64,000 nt of DNA from an uncultured Treponemataceae bacterium (GTDB taxonomy: Bacteria > Spirochaetota > Spirochaetia > Treponematales > Treponemataceae). Every line of letters begins with the position of its first letter. The first letter of the stretch is position 1. Under the pieces are notes generated by a model. It made no database searches. It had not been told where the DNA came from and worked only from the letters and a program-made list of their open reading frames with translations. Below are positions 45,631 to 55,053 of this stretch, piece by piece. Where the stretch lies: NCBI GenBank assembly GCA_964372135.1, contig CAYJPS010000002.1, positions 1,979-65,978 of the forward strand, read 5' to 3'. The position numbers were made by a program, and so were the translations under genes.

Positions 45631-46725
45631 TGTCTTTCCTTTCATTGCATAGATCTTGCTTAAAATCGTGGCCAGTACCGTATAATATGTTTCAGGAATA
45701 ATATCGCCAACTTCTACATTGGCATACAAGGCGCGCGCCAAGGGTCGGTTTTCTATCATTGGAACATCGTTCTCTGTTGCTAAGCGTTTAATTTGTTGCG
45801 CAAGTTCATCCTGACCTTTTGCGGTGACCATTGGTCCCTGCATTGTATCTCTTTCATATAAAATTGCAATAGCAAAGTGAGTCGGGTTGGTAATAATAAC
45901 ATCTGCTTTGGCAACATTTTCTCTAATGCTATTTTGTAACAGTTCCCGCATAAATTGCTTTAGCTTACTTTTTACAAGAGGATCCCCTTCAAGGGTTTTA
46001 TATTCTTCTTTTACTTCTTGCTTAGTCATTTTTAATGAATCAATAAATTGCTTACGCTGCACTAAATAATCCGGAATAGCAATGCCCATAAAAATAAAGG
46101 TAGCAATTAATAATATTTTTGCCGCCATTTGCGCTATGTGCGTAATTCCTTGCCATAGGTTTTGATCTAAGAGCGACAGTAGCGTGGGTAAATCCGAAGA
46201 AATAACTGTATAAGATGCTATAAAAATAACGACTACTTTTAATATTGATTTAAATATATTAAATACGCCTTCAAAAGAAAACATTGTTTTTTTAAAATAT
46301 TCGCCAAATTTGGGAATAATTTTAGAAAACTTTGGCTCTATAGGTTTTGTTGAAAAAATAAAACCTCTATTTTGAATTAGATTTGCTAATATAGCACCAA
46401 TAATCGCGGTAATAACTATCGGAGTTACCATTCTAATTAAATAATAAAAAAAACCGTAAGCAAGACTCGCGTTTATTTCTGCTGTAGTGCTAATTTGAAA
46501 ATAGTATAATAGGATTTCAAGAAAATTTGTAAACAACCATGGAGCTAGAATAATCAGCGCAATAGTGGGAAAAAGCATTACAAGAGCAGCACTTAACTCT
46601 TGACTTTTGGCAACTCGGCCTTCTTCTCTAGCTTTACGAAGCTTATGCTCGGAAGGATCTTCTGTTCGACCTTCATCTTCTGCTGCAAACCATTGTAAAT
46701 CTAAATCTTCTGAATAAAAACTCAT
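45619..46725 (-). CDS. flhB: flagellar type III export apparatus switch protein FlhB
   Basis: 368 aa with the N-terminal EKTEDPSEHKLRKAREEG-type motif (GRTEDPSEHKLRKAREEGRV), 4 TM helices and the autocleavage site NPTH (VIITNPTHFAIAI). Confidence 0.95.
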   Translation of the reverse strand: MSFYSEDLDLQWFAAEDEGRTEDPSEHKLRKAREEGRVAKSQELSAALVMLFPTIALIILAPWLFTNFLEILLYYFQISTTAEINASLAYGFFYYLIRMVTPIVITAIIGAILANLIQNRGFIFSTKPIEPKFSKIIPKFGEYFKKTMFSFEGVFNIFKSILKVVVIFIASYTVISSDLPTLLSLLDQNLWQGITHIAQMAAKILLIATFIFMGIAIPDYLVQRKQFIDSLKMTKQEVKEEYKTLEGDPLVKSKLKQFMRELLQNSIRENVAKADVIITNPTHFAIAILYERDTMQGPMVTAKGQDELAQQIKRLATENDVPMIENRPLARALYANVEVGDIIPETYYTVLATILSKIYAMKGKTINS

Positions 46726-47513
46726 TGTATTGTATTCCCCACCTCAGTAAATAAGCGCTCTAATCTTAAAAATCCAGCGTTAAATAAATTTATAAAAAAG
46801 TCTGCCATGTACGGTAATAAAACGGTGAGCATAAAAAATGCTACCATGATAGTTATAGGAAAACCTTCTGACAAAAGGTTCATTTGAGGAGCAGCTTTTG
46901 ATAAGAGTCCCATACAAACTGAAATTAAAAACAAGGTACCTACTAAGGGAAGTGAAATAACAAGAGCATCAAAAAAAAGCTGCGTTAATCCATAAAGCAG
47001 AAAATTCATAAAACCTTCACGCTCCGCTACAAGTGTAAATGCATTAAGCGATTGGAAGCTTCGTAATATTCCACCTAAAAACAATTTTTGAAAACCTTGC
47101 GTTTGTATAAATAATAAAAATCCAATAAAATTTAAATACTGACCCATTAGGGGGTTAGACACTTGAGATAATGCATCATACACCTCAGATGCACCAAAAC
47201 CCATTTGGTAGGTAAAAAATTGCCCTGCAGAACTAAAAGCGGCAAAAAGCATCGAGATATAAAAACCAGTAATTATACCTATTAATGCCTCTCCAATTAA
47301 AATAAGTGCGTAATGCAAACTAAATGGATCTACATTCCAACCTTGCACATAAGCATGAGGCAATACTAAAAAAGCCGCATAGCCCGCCAAGGCAATTTTT
47401 GCAACCCGCGGTACAACATTTGTTGCCATCAGAGGCATGGTGAGTATTAATGCTAAACAGCGTGCAGCTACAAGAAAAAAATCTGGTGCACGGGCAACAA
47501 GTTCTTGTAACAT
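46722..47513 (-). CDS. fliR: flagellar export apparatus protein FliR
   Basis: 263-aa polytopic membrane protein in the position between fliQ and flhB. It overlaps flhB by 4 nt. Confidence 0.9.
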   Translation of the reverse strand: MLQELVARAPDFFLVAARCLALILTMPLMATNVVPRVAKIALAGYAAFLVLPHAYVQGWNVDPFSLHYALILIGEALIGIITGFYISMLFAAFSSAGQFFTYQMGFGASEVYDALSQVSNPLMGQYLNFIGFLLFIQTQGFQKLFLGGILRSFQSLNAFTLVAEREGFMNFLLYGLTQLFFDALVISLPLVGTLFLISVCMGLLSKAAPQMNLLSEGFPITIMVAFFMLTVLLPYMADFFINLFNAGFLRLERLFTEVGNTIQ

Positions 47514-47555
47514 AAAACTACTGCGACCTCATATAGCTCATCATACTCGCTCACA

Positions 47556-47825
47556 TTATCTCGTAATTTGAGATATTAATTCAAAAATTCTAATAGTATA
47601 TTGTTCTAAACTTGTGAACATCCATCCGCCCAAAAGAGCCAACATTCCCAAAATTGAAACCAGTTTTGGAACAAAGGTAAGAGTTTGTTCTTGAATTGAT
47701 GTTGTTGCTTGAAATATTGCTACAATTAAACCAACCACTAGTGCTACAATTAAAATTGGGCCTGCAAGTACAAGTATTTGAAAAACGCCATCTCGTAATA
47801 ATGTTACTAATTGACCTACATTCAC
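47556..47825 (-). CDS. fliQ: flagellar export apparatus protein FliQ
   Basis: 89 aa with two TM helices and AGPILIVALVVGLIVAIFQATTSIQEQTLTFVPK. Confidence 0.9.
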   Translation of the reverse strand: MNVGQLVTLLRDGVFQILVLAGPILIVALVVGLIVAIFQATTSIQEQTLTFVPKLVSILGMLALLGGWMFTSLEQYTIRIFELISQITR

Positions 47826-47837
47826 TATCTACCTTCC

Positions 47838-48656
47838 TTACCGAATTATTGAATTAAAAAGTTGCTGTGTCAAAAGCCCCCAACCATCTACCAATACAAA
47901 CAACATTAGTTTAAAGGGCATCGAGATTTGTACTGGAGGCAACATAATCATACCCATTGACATAAGAATGCTCGCAACAACCATGTCGATTATGATAAAT
48001 GGTATGTATAAAAGTATCCCAATCTTAAAAGCAACCGTTAATTCATGTAATACAAATGCCGGAATTAATACATGAGTTGGAACATCGGCCAAGGTATTCG
48101 GACGAGGATAATCACCCATAGACATAAATAATGTAATGTAGTCGGTATCATTTACCATTTGACTATACATAAAAATTCTCATAGGTGACTCTGCTTCTTC
48201 AATTGCCTGTTCAATTGAGATCTCGCCGTCGGCTAGAGGTTGATATGCATTTTCATAAATTGCAAAGAATGTTGGCCACATTATAAATATGGTCATAAAA
48301 AAGGCAATGCCATTCAATACTGCTGTTGGCGGCACTTGTTGTAATGATAATGCTCTTTTAATAAAATCAAGTACAATGGTAAAACGCAAAAAAGAGGTAA
48401 GTAGTATTAAAATACTTGGAGCGAGCGTTAAAACAGTTAACAGTAATAAAATTTGTACAGAAAAAGCGAGTTCTTGACCTGATTCAGGTTCTCTAATTTG
48501 AACATCAATAGCAGGCAGTGGAATGGGTGTTACATCTCCATCCATCTGCTGTGTTCCATCAGTTGTGCCTTGAGGAAAAGAAGTTTGCGAATAAACCGAT
48601 GTAGTTGAAACGAGAAATGCCATTAAGCAAAATAAGAATATAGCCTTTTTACTCAT
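47838..48656 (-). CDS. fliP: flagellar export apparatus protein FliP
   Basis: Signal peptide plus LLTVLTLAPSILILLTSFLRFTIVLDFIKRALSLQQVPP and MSMGMIMLPP motifs. Confidence 0.95.
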   Translation of the reverse strand: MSKKAIFLFCLMAFLVSTTSVYSQTSFPQGTTDGTQQMDGDVTPIPLPAIDVQIREPESGQELAFSVQILLLLTVLTLAPSILILLTSFLRFTIVLDFIKRALSLQQVPPTAVLNGIAFFMTIFIMWPTFFAIYENAYQPLADGEISIEQAIEEAESPMRIFMYSQMVNDTDYITLFMSMGDYPRPNTLADVPTHVLIPAFVLHELTVAFKIGILLYIPFIIIDMVVASILMSMGMIMLPPVQISMPFKLMLFVLVDGWGLLTQQLFNSIIR

Positions 48657-49224
48657 CTTGGCCGCCCCTTCTTAGGCGCTCTCTTTGCTTTTTTAATGTT
48701 ACTTCAGTTAATTTAGCTGAATTAGCAAAAGTTGACGAAAAAGTATTGAGCATACTCGCAAAGTCTCTAGGTTTTGAAAGAGGTTCTTTTTCTGCCTCTA
48801 ATATCATTTGATTTACAAGATCTTCGTCAGTAATTTCACCAATAAGATTTATTCCAGCATCTGTAACACCAACAATCCAAGCTTTATCGCTCATAGTAAT
48901 GACTTGAAGAGTTTTTCCAGGTGCTAAAGTTAATGTAGCAGCTTTTTTTAGAAAAAGGTTTTCTGCCTCTTTTGGCACAAATCCTTTTTTCAATATGTAG
49001 ACTATACCATATATAAGTGCAACTACAACTACAAGGGCAAACACCATTCTAATGAAAAGCCATAAAACGCTGCCTGTACCCTCGTCTTCGGCTGTTTCAC
49101 TAACGTTATTTTCAATAGAAGTTTCATTAGAGATAATAAAATCGCTTTCACTGCTTGTTACTTGTGTTTCACCGTCATGCATAGGTGCTGTTTGCTGTTC
49201 TTGAGCGTACACAAATACAGCCAA
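48649..49224 (-). CDS. fliO: FliO/FliZ-type flagellar biosynthesis protein (5' end uncertain)
   Basis: TM helix VLWLFIRMVFALVVVVALIYGIVYIL in the position between fliY and fliP. The ORF-track start is a TTG inside what reads like a signal peptide (see findings). Confidence 0.6.
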   Translation of the reverse strand: MAVFVYAQEQQTAPMHDGETQVTSSESDFIISNETSIENNVSETAEDEGTGSVLWLFIRMVFALVVVVALIYGIVYILKKGFVPKEAENLFLKKAATLTLAPGKTLQVITMSDKAWIVGVTDAGINLIGEITDEDLVNQMILEAEKEPLSKPRDFASMLNTFSSTFANSAKLTEVTLKKQRERLRRGGQDE

Positions 49225-49299
49225 GAAACAACTTATTACACTTATGCATAGTATTTTTTTTGAAATATTTTTAATAATAGGCCCCCACCCAATAAAAAC

Positions 49300-50385
49300 T
49301 TAATGCAAGTCGCTAACCCGCTCTATTGGTGATAAAATTTCAGTTACACGAACACCGAAGTTTTCATCAATAACTACAACTTCACCTTTTGCTATTGGTT
49401 TATGATTTACAAGAATATCTACAGGCTCACCAGCAAGCTTATCAAGCTCAATAATAGTACCTTCACCCATACCAAGAATTTCCTTGATTTGTTTTTTTGT
49501 ACGACCAAGCTCTACAGTCATTTCCATGTAAACATCCATGATAAGACTGATATTTCCTTGCTCCATTGAATTCATACCCTGCTGCAAATTTGGATATTGC
49601 AATGATTGAACGTTTGGTATATTCATACCTGGAATAGTCATTCCTCCTCCCATTCCTTCCATGCCTCCCATTCCAAGACCTGACATACCTCCACCGAGGC
49701 TAGCCATTTCATCTGCGGAAAGACCACCACCCATTGAAGGAGGCGGAGCACTAAAAGCATTACTTATTTCTGTAGCTACATTTTGAGACATAACTTCCCA
49801 TATCGTGTATACACCTTCATCACCAGAAACTGGATATGAAATTACTAAAACCTGGTCTGAACTAAAACTCACCGTTGATTTAGGCGTATGAATAGCTTGT
49901 GCAGGGTTTGCTGCCAAGCCAGGAAATTTTGATGCTAATGCAGTAATTTCCGTTCCTACCTGTTGTGATACTAATTCGCCTACAACAGAAAGAGCCATGT
50001 CATCAATTTCGGCACCTTCTTCTTTATTAACGAGGCTTGAAACAGTTTGCGCAAGTTCAGGTGCAAGAACAAAATTATGTTCTCCAACCAAACCTTGTGA
50101 AAAATCGGTAGCAACTGAAACCACCATATCTGGAAGTTTTAATAACAGCATATCCCGACTTGTGAGTTCAACAACAGGAACGCCTATAGAAAATGTAGCA
50201 CCTGTCATTGTTTGAATACCAGATGTAAAGGCATCAACTGTACCGTTAATAAAATTTTGTATAGCGTTCATATCAATTGAAGGACCTGCAGGCATTCCAC
50301 CTGAACTTCCTCCGCCACCTGCGACTCCTGATAACAAAGCTTCAATTTCATCTTGTGAAATGGCACCATCACTCATATGATTCAT
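49300..50385 (-). CDS. fliY: flagellar motor switch protein FliY (long FliN-family protein)
   Basis: N-terminal SQDEIEALLSG peptide, a Gly/Met-rich linker, and a C-terminal SpoA/FliN domain (VELGRTKKQIKEILGMGEGTIIELDKLAGEPVDILVNHKPIAKGEVVVIDENFGVRVTEI). Confidence 0.85.
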   Translation of the reverse strand: MNHMSDGAISQDEIEALLSGVAGGGGSSGGMPAGPSIDMNAIQNFINGTVDAFTSGIQTMTGATFSIGVPVVELTSRDMLLLKLPDMVVSVATDFSQGLVGEHNFVLAPELAQTVSSLVNKEEGAEIDDMALSVVGELVSQQVGTEITALASKFPGLAANPAQAIHTPKSTVSFSSDQVLVISYPVSGDEGVYTIWEVMSQNVATEISNAFSAPPPSMGGGLSADEMASLGGGMSGLGMGGMEGMGGGMTIPGMNIPNVQSLQYPNLQQGMNSMEQGNISLIMDVYMEMTVELGRTKKQIKEILGMGEGTIIELDKLAGEPVDILVNHKPIAKGEVVVIDENFGVRVTEILSPIERVSDLH

Positions 50386-51403
50386 CTCCTTCTACTGATA
50401 ATTCTTCAAACTCTTCTGCTTCAACCTGCTCCATTTTGCCAATAACTTGAACTGCCATTTTTTTGCCAATAATACCGGGCTGACAAAAGAACTTCTTTTT
50501 ATTCCCAACATTAATTACCAGTGGGTCACCCACTCGTACATTTGACAATCGAACAATGTCACCTGTTCTAAGGCTCAATACATCCCTAATAGGAACATTG
50601 ATAGAACCGATTTCCGCTACTACATCCATATCTACTGTCGATAGTTTTTCTTTTAATACATTCAAATACTGAGTAGTTGAACTTCTTCTAACCGATGAAA
50701 ACCAAAATTGTGAAGACAATTTAGAAATAATCGGCTCAATGGTGATGTAAGGAATACAAAAATTCATCATACCTTCTTCATCACCTATTTTTGTTTCTAA
50801 AGTAACCAAAACAACCATTTCTGAGGGTGGAACAATTTGTGCAAACTGTGGATTAGTTTCAATTTGTCCTAATCGAGGGCGAAGGTCAATTACTTGAGCC
50901 CATGCTTCCCTCATATTTGCCAAAATACGAACAATAATACCTTCCATAACAGATTGTTCAATATCAGTTAGGTCTCGTTGAACTTTTGCTGCTTGCCCTT
51001 GTCCACCAAAAAGACGATCTATTATAGAAAAAGTAATTGATGGGTCAATTTCTAGTATTGCATTCCCTTTTAAAGGATCCATGTTTATTACAGCTAAAGT
51101 TGTAGGTGTTGGAATTGAACGAATAAATTCTTCGTATGTTAACTGATCTACCGATGCAACGTGTACGTGTGCCATACTGCGAAGTTGCGCAGACAAAGCA
51201 GTAGTTGTTAAACGGGCAAACGTTTCATGCATAATTGAAACAGTACGAATTTGTTCTTTAGAGAATTTATCGGGGCGTTTAAAGTCATAAATTTTTATTT
51301 TACGAGTATCATTTACTGGCTTAAAATCTTCAGTCTCGTTTTCACCAGTACTGATAGCCATCAAAAGTTGATCAATCTCGTCTTGTGACAAAACTTCGTT
51401 CAT
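50369..51403 (-). CDS. fliM: flagellar motor switch protein FliM
   Basis: LSQDEIDQLL N-terminus, KIYDFKRPDKFSKEQIRT, and a C-terminal SpoA-like domain. Confidence 0.95.
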   Translation of the reverse strand: MNEVLSQDEIDQLLMAISTGENETEDFKPVNDTRKIKIYDFKRPDKFSKEQIRTVSIMHETFARLTTTALSAQLRSMAHVHVASVDQLTYEEFIRSIPTPTTLAVINMDPLKGNAILEIDPSITFSIIDRLFGGQGQAAKVQRDLTDIEQSVMEGIIVRILANMREAWAQVIDLRPRLGQIETNPQFAQIVPPSEMVVLVTLETKIGDEEGMMNFCIPYITIEPIISKLSSQFWFSSVRRSSTTQYLNVLKEKLSTVDMDVVAEIGSINVPIRDVLSLRTGDIVRLSNVRVGDPLVINVGNKKKFFCQPGIIGKKMAVQVIGKMEQVEAEEFEELSVEGDESYE

Positions 51404-51488
51404 TACTGTTTGCCCTTTTGTTTAAAATATAAACCACCAACGGTAGTATCTTTAGTATAACACAATACTAAAATGTTTCATAGCTCAA

Positions 51489-52037
51489 TTATTGCTCAAT
51501 TACCTCAAAAGATAAAAAACGTACATCTTTTATCGATGATTGTGTCAATAAATCATTAATATCATTTTTAATTTCAAGTTTTAAAGCATCTTCATTCATG
51601 GGAGTAAGCTCTACACGTTTTTTACTTGAAAAATATTTTCTAAGATAATCCTGTAGTTCAACTCTTCGTTGCGTTATTTCAGTTGAAGCCGTTGCATCAT
51701 CTACTTCATATCCTAGTACAACCTTTACAATAACACTCGCTGGAATGGTATCATATGTTTTTGCACGAATATCAGGTAAGCTTTCATACCATGAATATAC
51801 TTCTCTTTGAGGAGTGTACTCTTCATTTATTGGAATGTATGTAGTTGAAGGAGAATTGCTTCCCATCACTGACATGGTAATTACAACAACCGTTACAATG
51901 AGAATAATAGCACCTACTGCAATGGCAACCCACTTTAATAAACCAGGTAATAATCCACCAAGGGCACCACCCTTTTTGGGCGAAGATCCACCACCACCAA
52001 GATCACCATCATCTAAATTCATATCATCATCTGCCAT
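51489..52037 (-). CDS. fliL: flagellar basal-body-associated protein FliL
   Basis: Gly-rich N-terminus, a single TM helix and a periplasmic FliL-like domain, in the position between motB and fliM. Confidence 0.8.
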   Translation of the reverse strand: MADDDMNLDDGDLGGGGSSPKKGGALGGLLPGLLKWVAIAVGAIILIVTVVVITMSVMGSNSPSTTYIPINEEYTPQREVYSWYESLPDIRAKTYDTIPASVIVKVVLGYEVDDATASTEITQRRVELQDYLRKYFSSKKRVELTPMNEDALKLEIKNDINDLLTQSSIKDVRFLSFEVIEQ

Positions 52038-52082
52038 ATTGTCGTACCTCTCTTATATAATTTTTTTCTATCATTAAAAACT

Positions 52083-52802
52083 TTAAAAATGACCTTCGTC
52101 AAGGATAATTATATCAACCCTACGATTATAACCACGCCCTTCAGCTGTATCGTTCGGAAACTTTGGCTGGGTATCGGCATATCCTAAAAAGGAAAAATTT
52201 TCGTCATTTACCCCAAAATCAGATAAATAATACAAAACGTTCAAAGCGCGTGCACCTGAAAGTTCCCAATTACTCGACCATAGATTTTCATCTACTGGCG
52301 TCGAATCTGTGTGCCCCTCAATTCTAAAATCTCTGCCAACTAACTCTTCCGATGTTAAAAATTGTGAAAGCCGAAGCAATGTATCTCGAGTTTCTGTAAT
52401 GAGAAGTTCGGCAGACCCTTCTCTAAAAAATGAATCAGATGCAAGTGTTACAACAAGCCCTCTTTCATCGGTTGTTACAGTAATTCTATTTGACTTTATA
52501 TCAGGAGCAAACAAACTTACTGCTTTTTTTACCGCTAAACCTAAACTATTTCCCTTCTCTATCGATGGAAGGCTATTTATAGTGTTACCTAAATCAGCTA
52601 AACGCCCAGCAGTAAGCGACATACCTCCAGAAGTTGGATCACCCTCCAAAGCAACCGTTAGCTGAGCTTGTTGCGTTTCATCAACTTGCACTGGATTAAA
52701 AAGCATAACGAAGAAACAAAGCATGAGTGTAATCATATCTCCATATGTTTCAAGCCACGCCTTGGAGGCTCCTTCTGGCTTTTTTGATTCGCGCTTACCC
52801 AT
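52083..52802 (-). CDS. motB: flagellar stator protein MotB
   Basis: An N-terminal TM helix with a conserved Asp ([16 protein letters not shown]) and a C-terminal OmpA-like peptidoglycan-binding domain (GHTDSTP...NWELSGARA...NRRVDI). Confidence 0.9.
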   Translation of the reverse strand: MGKRESKKPEGASKAWLETYGDMITLMLCFFVMLFNPVQVDETQQAQLTVALEGDPTSGGMSLTAGRLADLGNTINSLPSIEKGNSLGLAVKKAVSLFAPDIKSNRITVTTDERGLVVTLASDSFFREGSAELLITETRDTLLRLSQFLTSEELVGRDFRIEGHTDSTPVDENLWSSNWELSGARALNVLYYLSDFGVNDENFSFLGYADTQPKFPNDTAEGRGYNRRVDIIILDEGHF

Positions 52803-52805
52803 TCA

Positions 52806-53597
52806 CTAATCCTTTAGAACTTCAGATTCAATTGCTTTTCTTGAACCAGTATCAAGATAGGTTAACAATTTCATAGCTAAAACACGAGGGTTATCCCCTG
52901 CCTGAATAGATAGAACGCCTTCAATAATCATTTCTCTTGTTTGTATTTCCATGGTGTTGTGATACGTGAGCTTAGCGGCAATAGGAACCAAGAACATGTT
53001 TGCAACAATAGAACCGTACAAGGTAGTTACAAGCGCAACCGCCATGTTTCCACCAATAGAAGCTGTATCTTCAAGGTTTGCTAACATACCAATAAGACCG
53101 ATAACGGTACCCATCATACCATAAGAGGGCCCTAACCCTGCCCAGTGGATAACCATACCTATCCAGCTTAAGTGTCGACCTTCAAGCTTTGTTAATTCAT
53201 TTTCCATGATTGTTCTAATAATAGCACCATCGGTACCGTCAACTACAAGACGCAAACCTGTTTTCATAAAAGCATCATCTAAGTCTTCTAAACCTTCTTC
53301 AAGTGCAAGAATACCTTCACGACGTGCTTTTTCTGCTAAACCTACCATGTTTTGAACTAAGCTCTTTTCCCCAAAATCAAATACTTTGAAAATTCTACCC
53401 ATGATCTTAAACATTGCAAGAACTCTACTCATAGGAAAACTGAGAAACATAGCAAGGAAAGAACCTATAACTACGAATATAAATGAAGGAAGATCCCATA
53501 GCCCTGCAAGACCTGCAAGACCAGTACTACCTGTAGCAACAGCGAACACGATAACGGCAAAGGCACCGACTAGTCCTATAATACTCGCCAAATCCAT
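52806..53597 (-). CDS. motA: flagellar stator protein MotA
   Basis: 263 aa with a 4-TM MotA/ExbB-type channel, GMMGTVIGLIGML and ALVTTLYGSIVANMFLVPIA. Confidence 0.9.
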   Translation of the reverse strand: MDLASIIGLVGAFAVIVFAVATGSTGLAGLAGLWDLPSFIFVVIGSFLAMFLSFPMSRVLAMFKIMGRIFKVFDFGEKSLVQNMVGLAEKARREGILALEEGLEDLDDAFMKTGLRLVVDGTDGAIIRTIMENELTKLEGRHLSWIGMVIHWAGLGPSYGMMGTVIGLIGMLANLEDTASIGGNMAVALVTTLYGSIVANMFLVPIAAKLTYHNTMEIQTREMIIEGVLSIQAGDNPRVLAMKLLTYLDTGSRKAIESEVLKD

Positions 53598-53615
53598 ACT
53601 ATATCCCTCCCAAGA

Positions 53616-53813
53616 CTACAGTTCGTTTTTAAACGCGCCAATAAGGCGTCTATATGAAATAATTTTTTCAATTATTTCTTCAGGTGTATTTTTAACCACC
53701 AATTTTTTACCAGATAACATCATAAAAGTTACATCGGGATTTGTCTCAATGTATTCAATTTGATGCGGGTTAATCCAATAGGTTTTACCATCTAAACGCA
53801 TTACTTCTATCAT
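53616..53813 (-). CDS. flbD: flagellar protein FlbD
   Basis: I set the start at ATG 53813: MIEVMRLDGKTYWINPHQIEYIETNPDVTFMMLSGKKLVVKNTPEEIIEKIISYRR. This matches the FlbD family pattern, and the ORF-track N-terminal extension is not needed. Confidence 0.8.
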   Translation of the reverse strand: MIEVMRLDGKTYWINPHQIEYIETNPDVTFMMLSGKKLVVKNTPEEIIEKIISYRRLIGAFKNEL

Positions 53814-53897
53814 ATCTATTTTCCACTCTAATCCCAATACAGTCAAGTACTTTTTTGTAATTTTTTGCATTTTTTTCAAAAAAAAGTGCCTATTTAT

Positions 53898-53925
53898 TTA
53901 TCGGAACAAAAAATATACGCCTTTA
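53898..53925 (-). promoter_or_regulatory. candidate sigma-28-type promoter upstream of flbD
   Basis: Minus strand TAAA (53922-53925), 16 nt, TCCGATAA (53898-53905), compared with the consensus TAAA-N15-GCCGATAA. It lies about 85 nt upstream of the flbD ATG. Confidence 0.35.
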
Positions 53926-53999
53926 GAGTATTATGGAAACTATTTTCTTGATAATCATGCTTTAATAGCATAAGGCGCCTTATATACTGGGTGTTCAAT

Positions 54000-54098
54000 T
54001 TTCATCAAAGGTGTCTAGCAGCGGATATACAGGATTAAACAGGATAATGATTTATATGTACTAAAAAAGCATCCTTTATATCCTGTTCATCTGTGGCT
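54000..54098. repeat. ~100-nt dispersed intergenic repeat (family 2), copy 2
   Basis: Matches 487-585 and includes a tandem acaggat duplication. Confidence 0.7.
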
Positions 54099-54148
54099 AA
54101 ATTTAGTTTGTATTTAAATTGAGTTTACAGCCTCATATAACACTCTTA

Positions 54149-54177
54149 TTGACATAAGCAAATTATTTTGATATTAT
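54149..54177 (+). promoter_or_regulatory. sigma70-type promoter of the 54219 lipoprotein gene
   Basis: TTGACA (54149-54154), 17 nt, TATTAT (54172-54177), with a ~35-nt leader carrying GGAGG. Confidence 0.6.
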
Positions 54178-54218
54178 GCGATATTGCTTTGTTTTATTAT
54201 TACATTTTGGAGGTAAAT

Positions 54219-54893
54219 ATGAACAAAAATACTTTATCAATTGGCAGACGATTTGTGCTCTTTGGATTATTAATTGCCGTAATCTTTTCTTTAACAGGGT
54301 GCTTAGGAATGCCTGAGTTTGAAGATGTTGACTACGAAGTTGAGCCAACACAAAACAAGCTTCATAGCTTACGTTACTACGGACGAGACCTTGATGCAGA
54401 AGAAAAAACTGTAGCGGTTATTGAACCTGCTCTTTTAGACACCTCAACAGAGGATTATGGATATTATTTCCTTGAATATGGTTATTCACGAGACAGTTCT
54501 TTGATTTACCAGTCAATGTATACGCTCTTTTTTCCTCTTCTTATCTTAACACCAGTAGGGCTTCCAACAGACTCAGCTGAATATGAAACATACGTTTCAT
54601 TAGCAATTTTTGATTCAAATGGAGATCTTGTTCAACGTTATTCAAAAACTGATTCATTCAAGCAAACAGCTGGTATGTACTACGGTTGGTATATGACTGA
54701 CAACAGACTTTCAGAATCTTTCTCTGGGTTAATTCAAGAAGTTATTGAAATGGCTTCAAGAAATAGTGATGAAATCAATGAAACATTAGAACTCATCGGC
54801 CCTATCAATGCAGAAAACAGATCTGCTGCTACTAAGAACTTAGAAGCATATATCTTCGAAAAAGATGTATACATTCACGACGAAGATAAATAA
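54219..54893 (+). CDS. putative lipoprotein
   Basis: Start at ATG 54219 (GGAGG 6 nt upstream): MNKNTLSIGRRFVLFGLLIAVIFSLTGCLG with lipobox LTGC. Confidence 0.65.
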   Translation: MNKNTLSIGRRFVLFGLLIAVIFSLTGCLGMPEFEDVDYEVEPTQNKLHSLRYYGRDLDAEEKTVAVIEPALLDTSTEDYGYYFLEYGYSRDSSLIYQSMYTLFFPLLILTPVGLPTDSAEYETYVSLAIFDSNGDLVQRYSKTDSFKQTAGMYYGWYMTDNRLSESFSGLIQEVIEMASRNSDEINETLELIGPINAENRSAATKNLEAYIFEKDVYIHDEDK

Positions 54894-54912
54894 TACTTTT
54901 TCATCGTAAAAA

Positions 54913-54947
54913 AGCCCATAGTGCTCTGCATTATGGGCTCTTTTTTT
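54913..54947 (+). terminator. rho-independent terminator
   Basis: agcccata-gtgctctgcat-tatgggct hairpin followed by c and ttttttt. Confidence 0.8.
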
Positions 54948-55018
54948 GTACATTTAATAATTGAACAAAATTGATATGCCAAGTGTCTTTTTAACTACCA
55001 TATTTTTTCTAAGAGCTA

Positions 55019-55047
55019 TTGAACTCTTTTAATATTTAGCCTACAAT
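55019..55047 (+). promoter_or_regulatory. sigma70-type promoter, leaderless helicase gene
   Basis: TTGAAC (55019-55024), 17 nt, TACAAT (55042-55047), 6 nt, ATG (55054). No SD. Confidence 0.6.
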
Positions 55048-55053
55048 AGCGTC

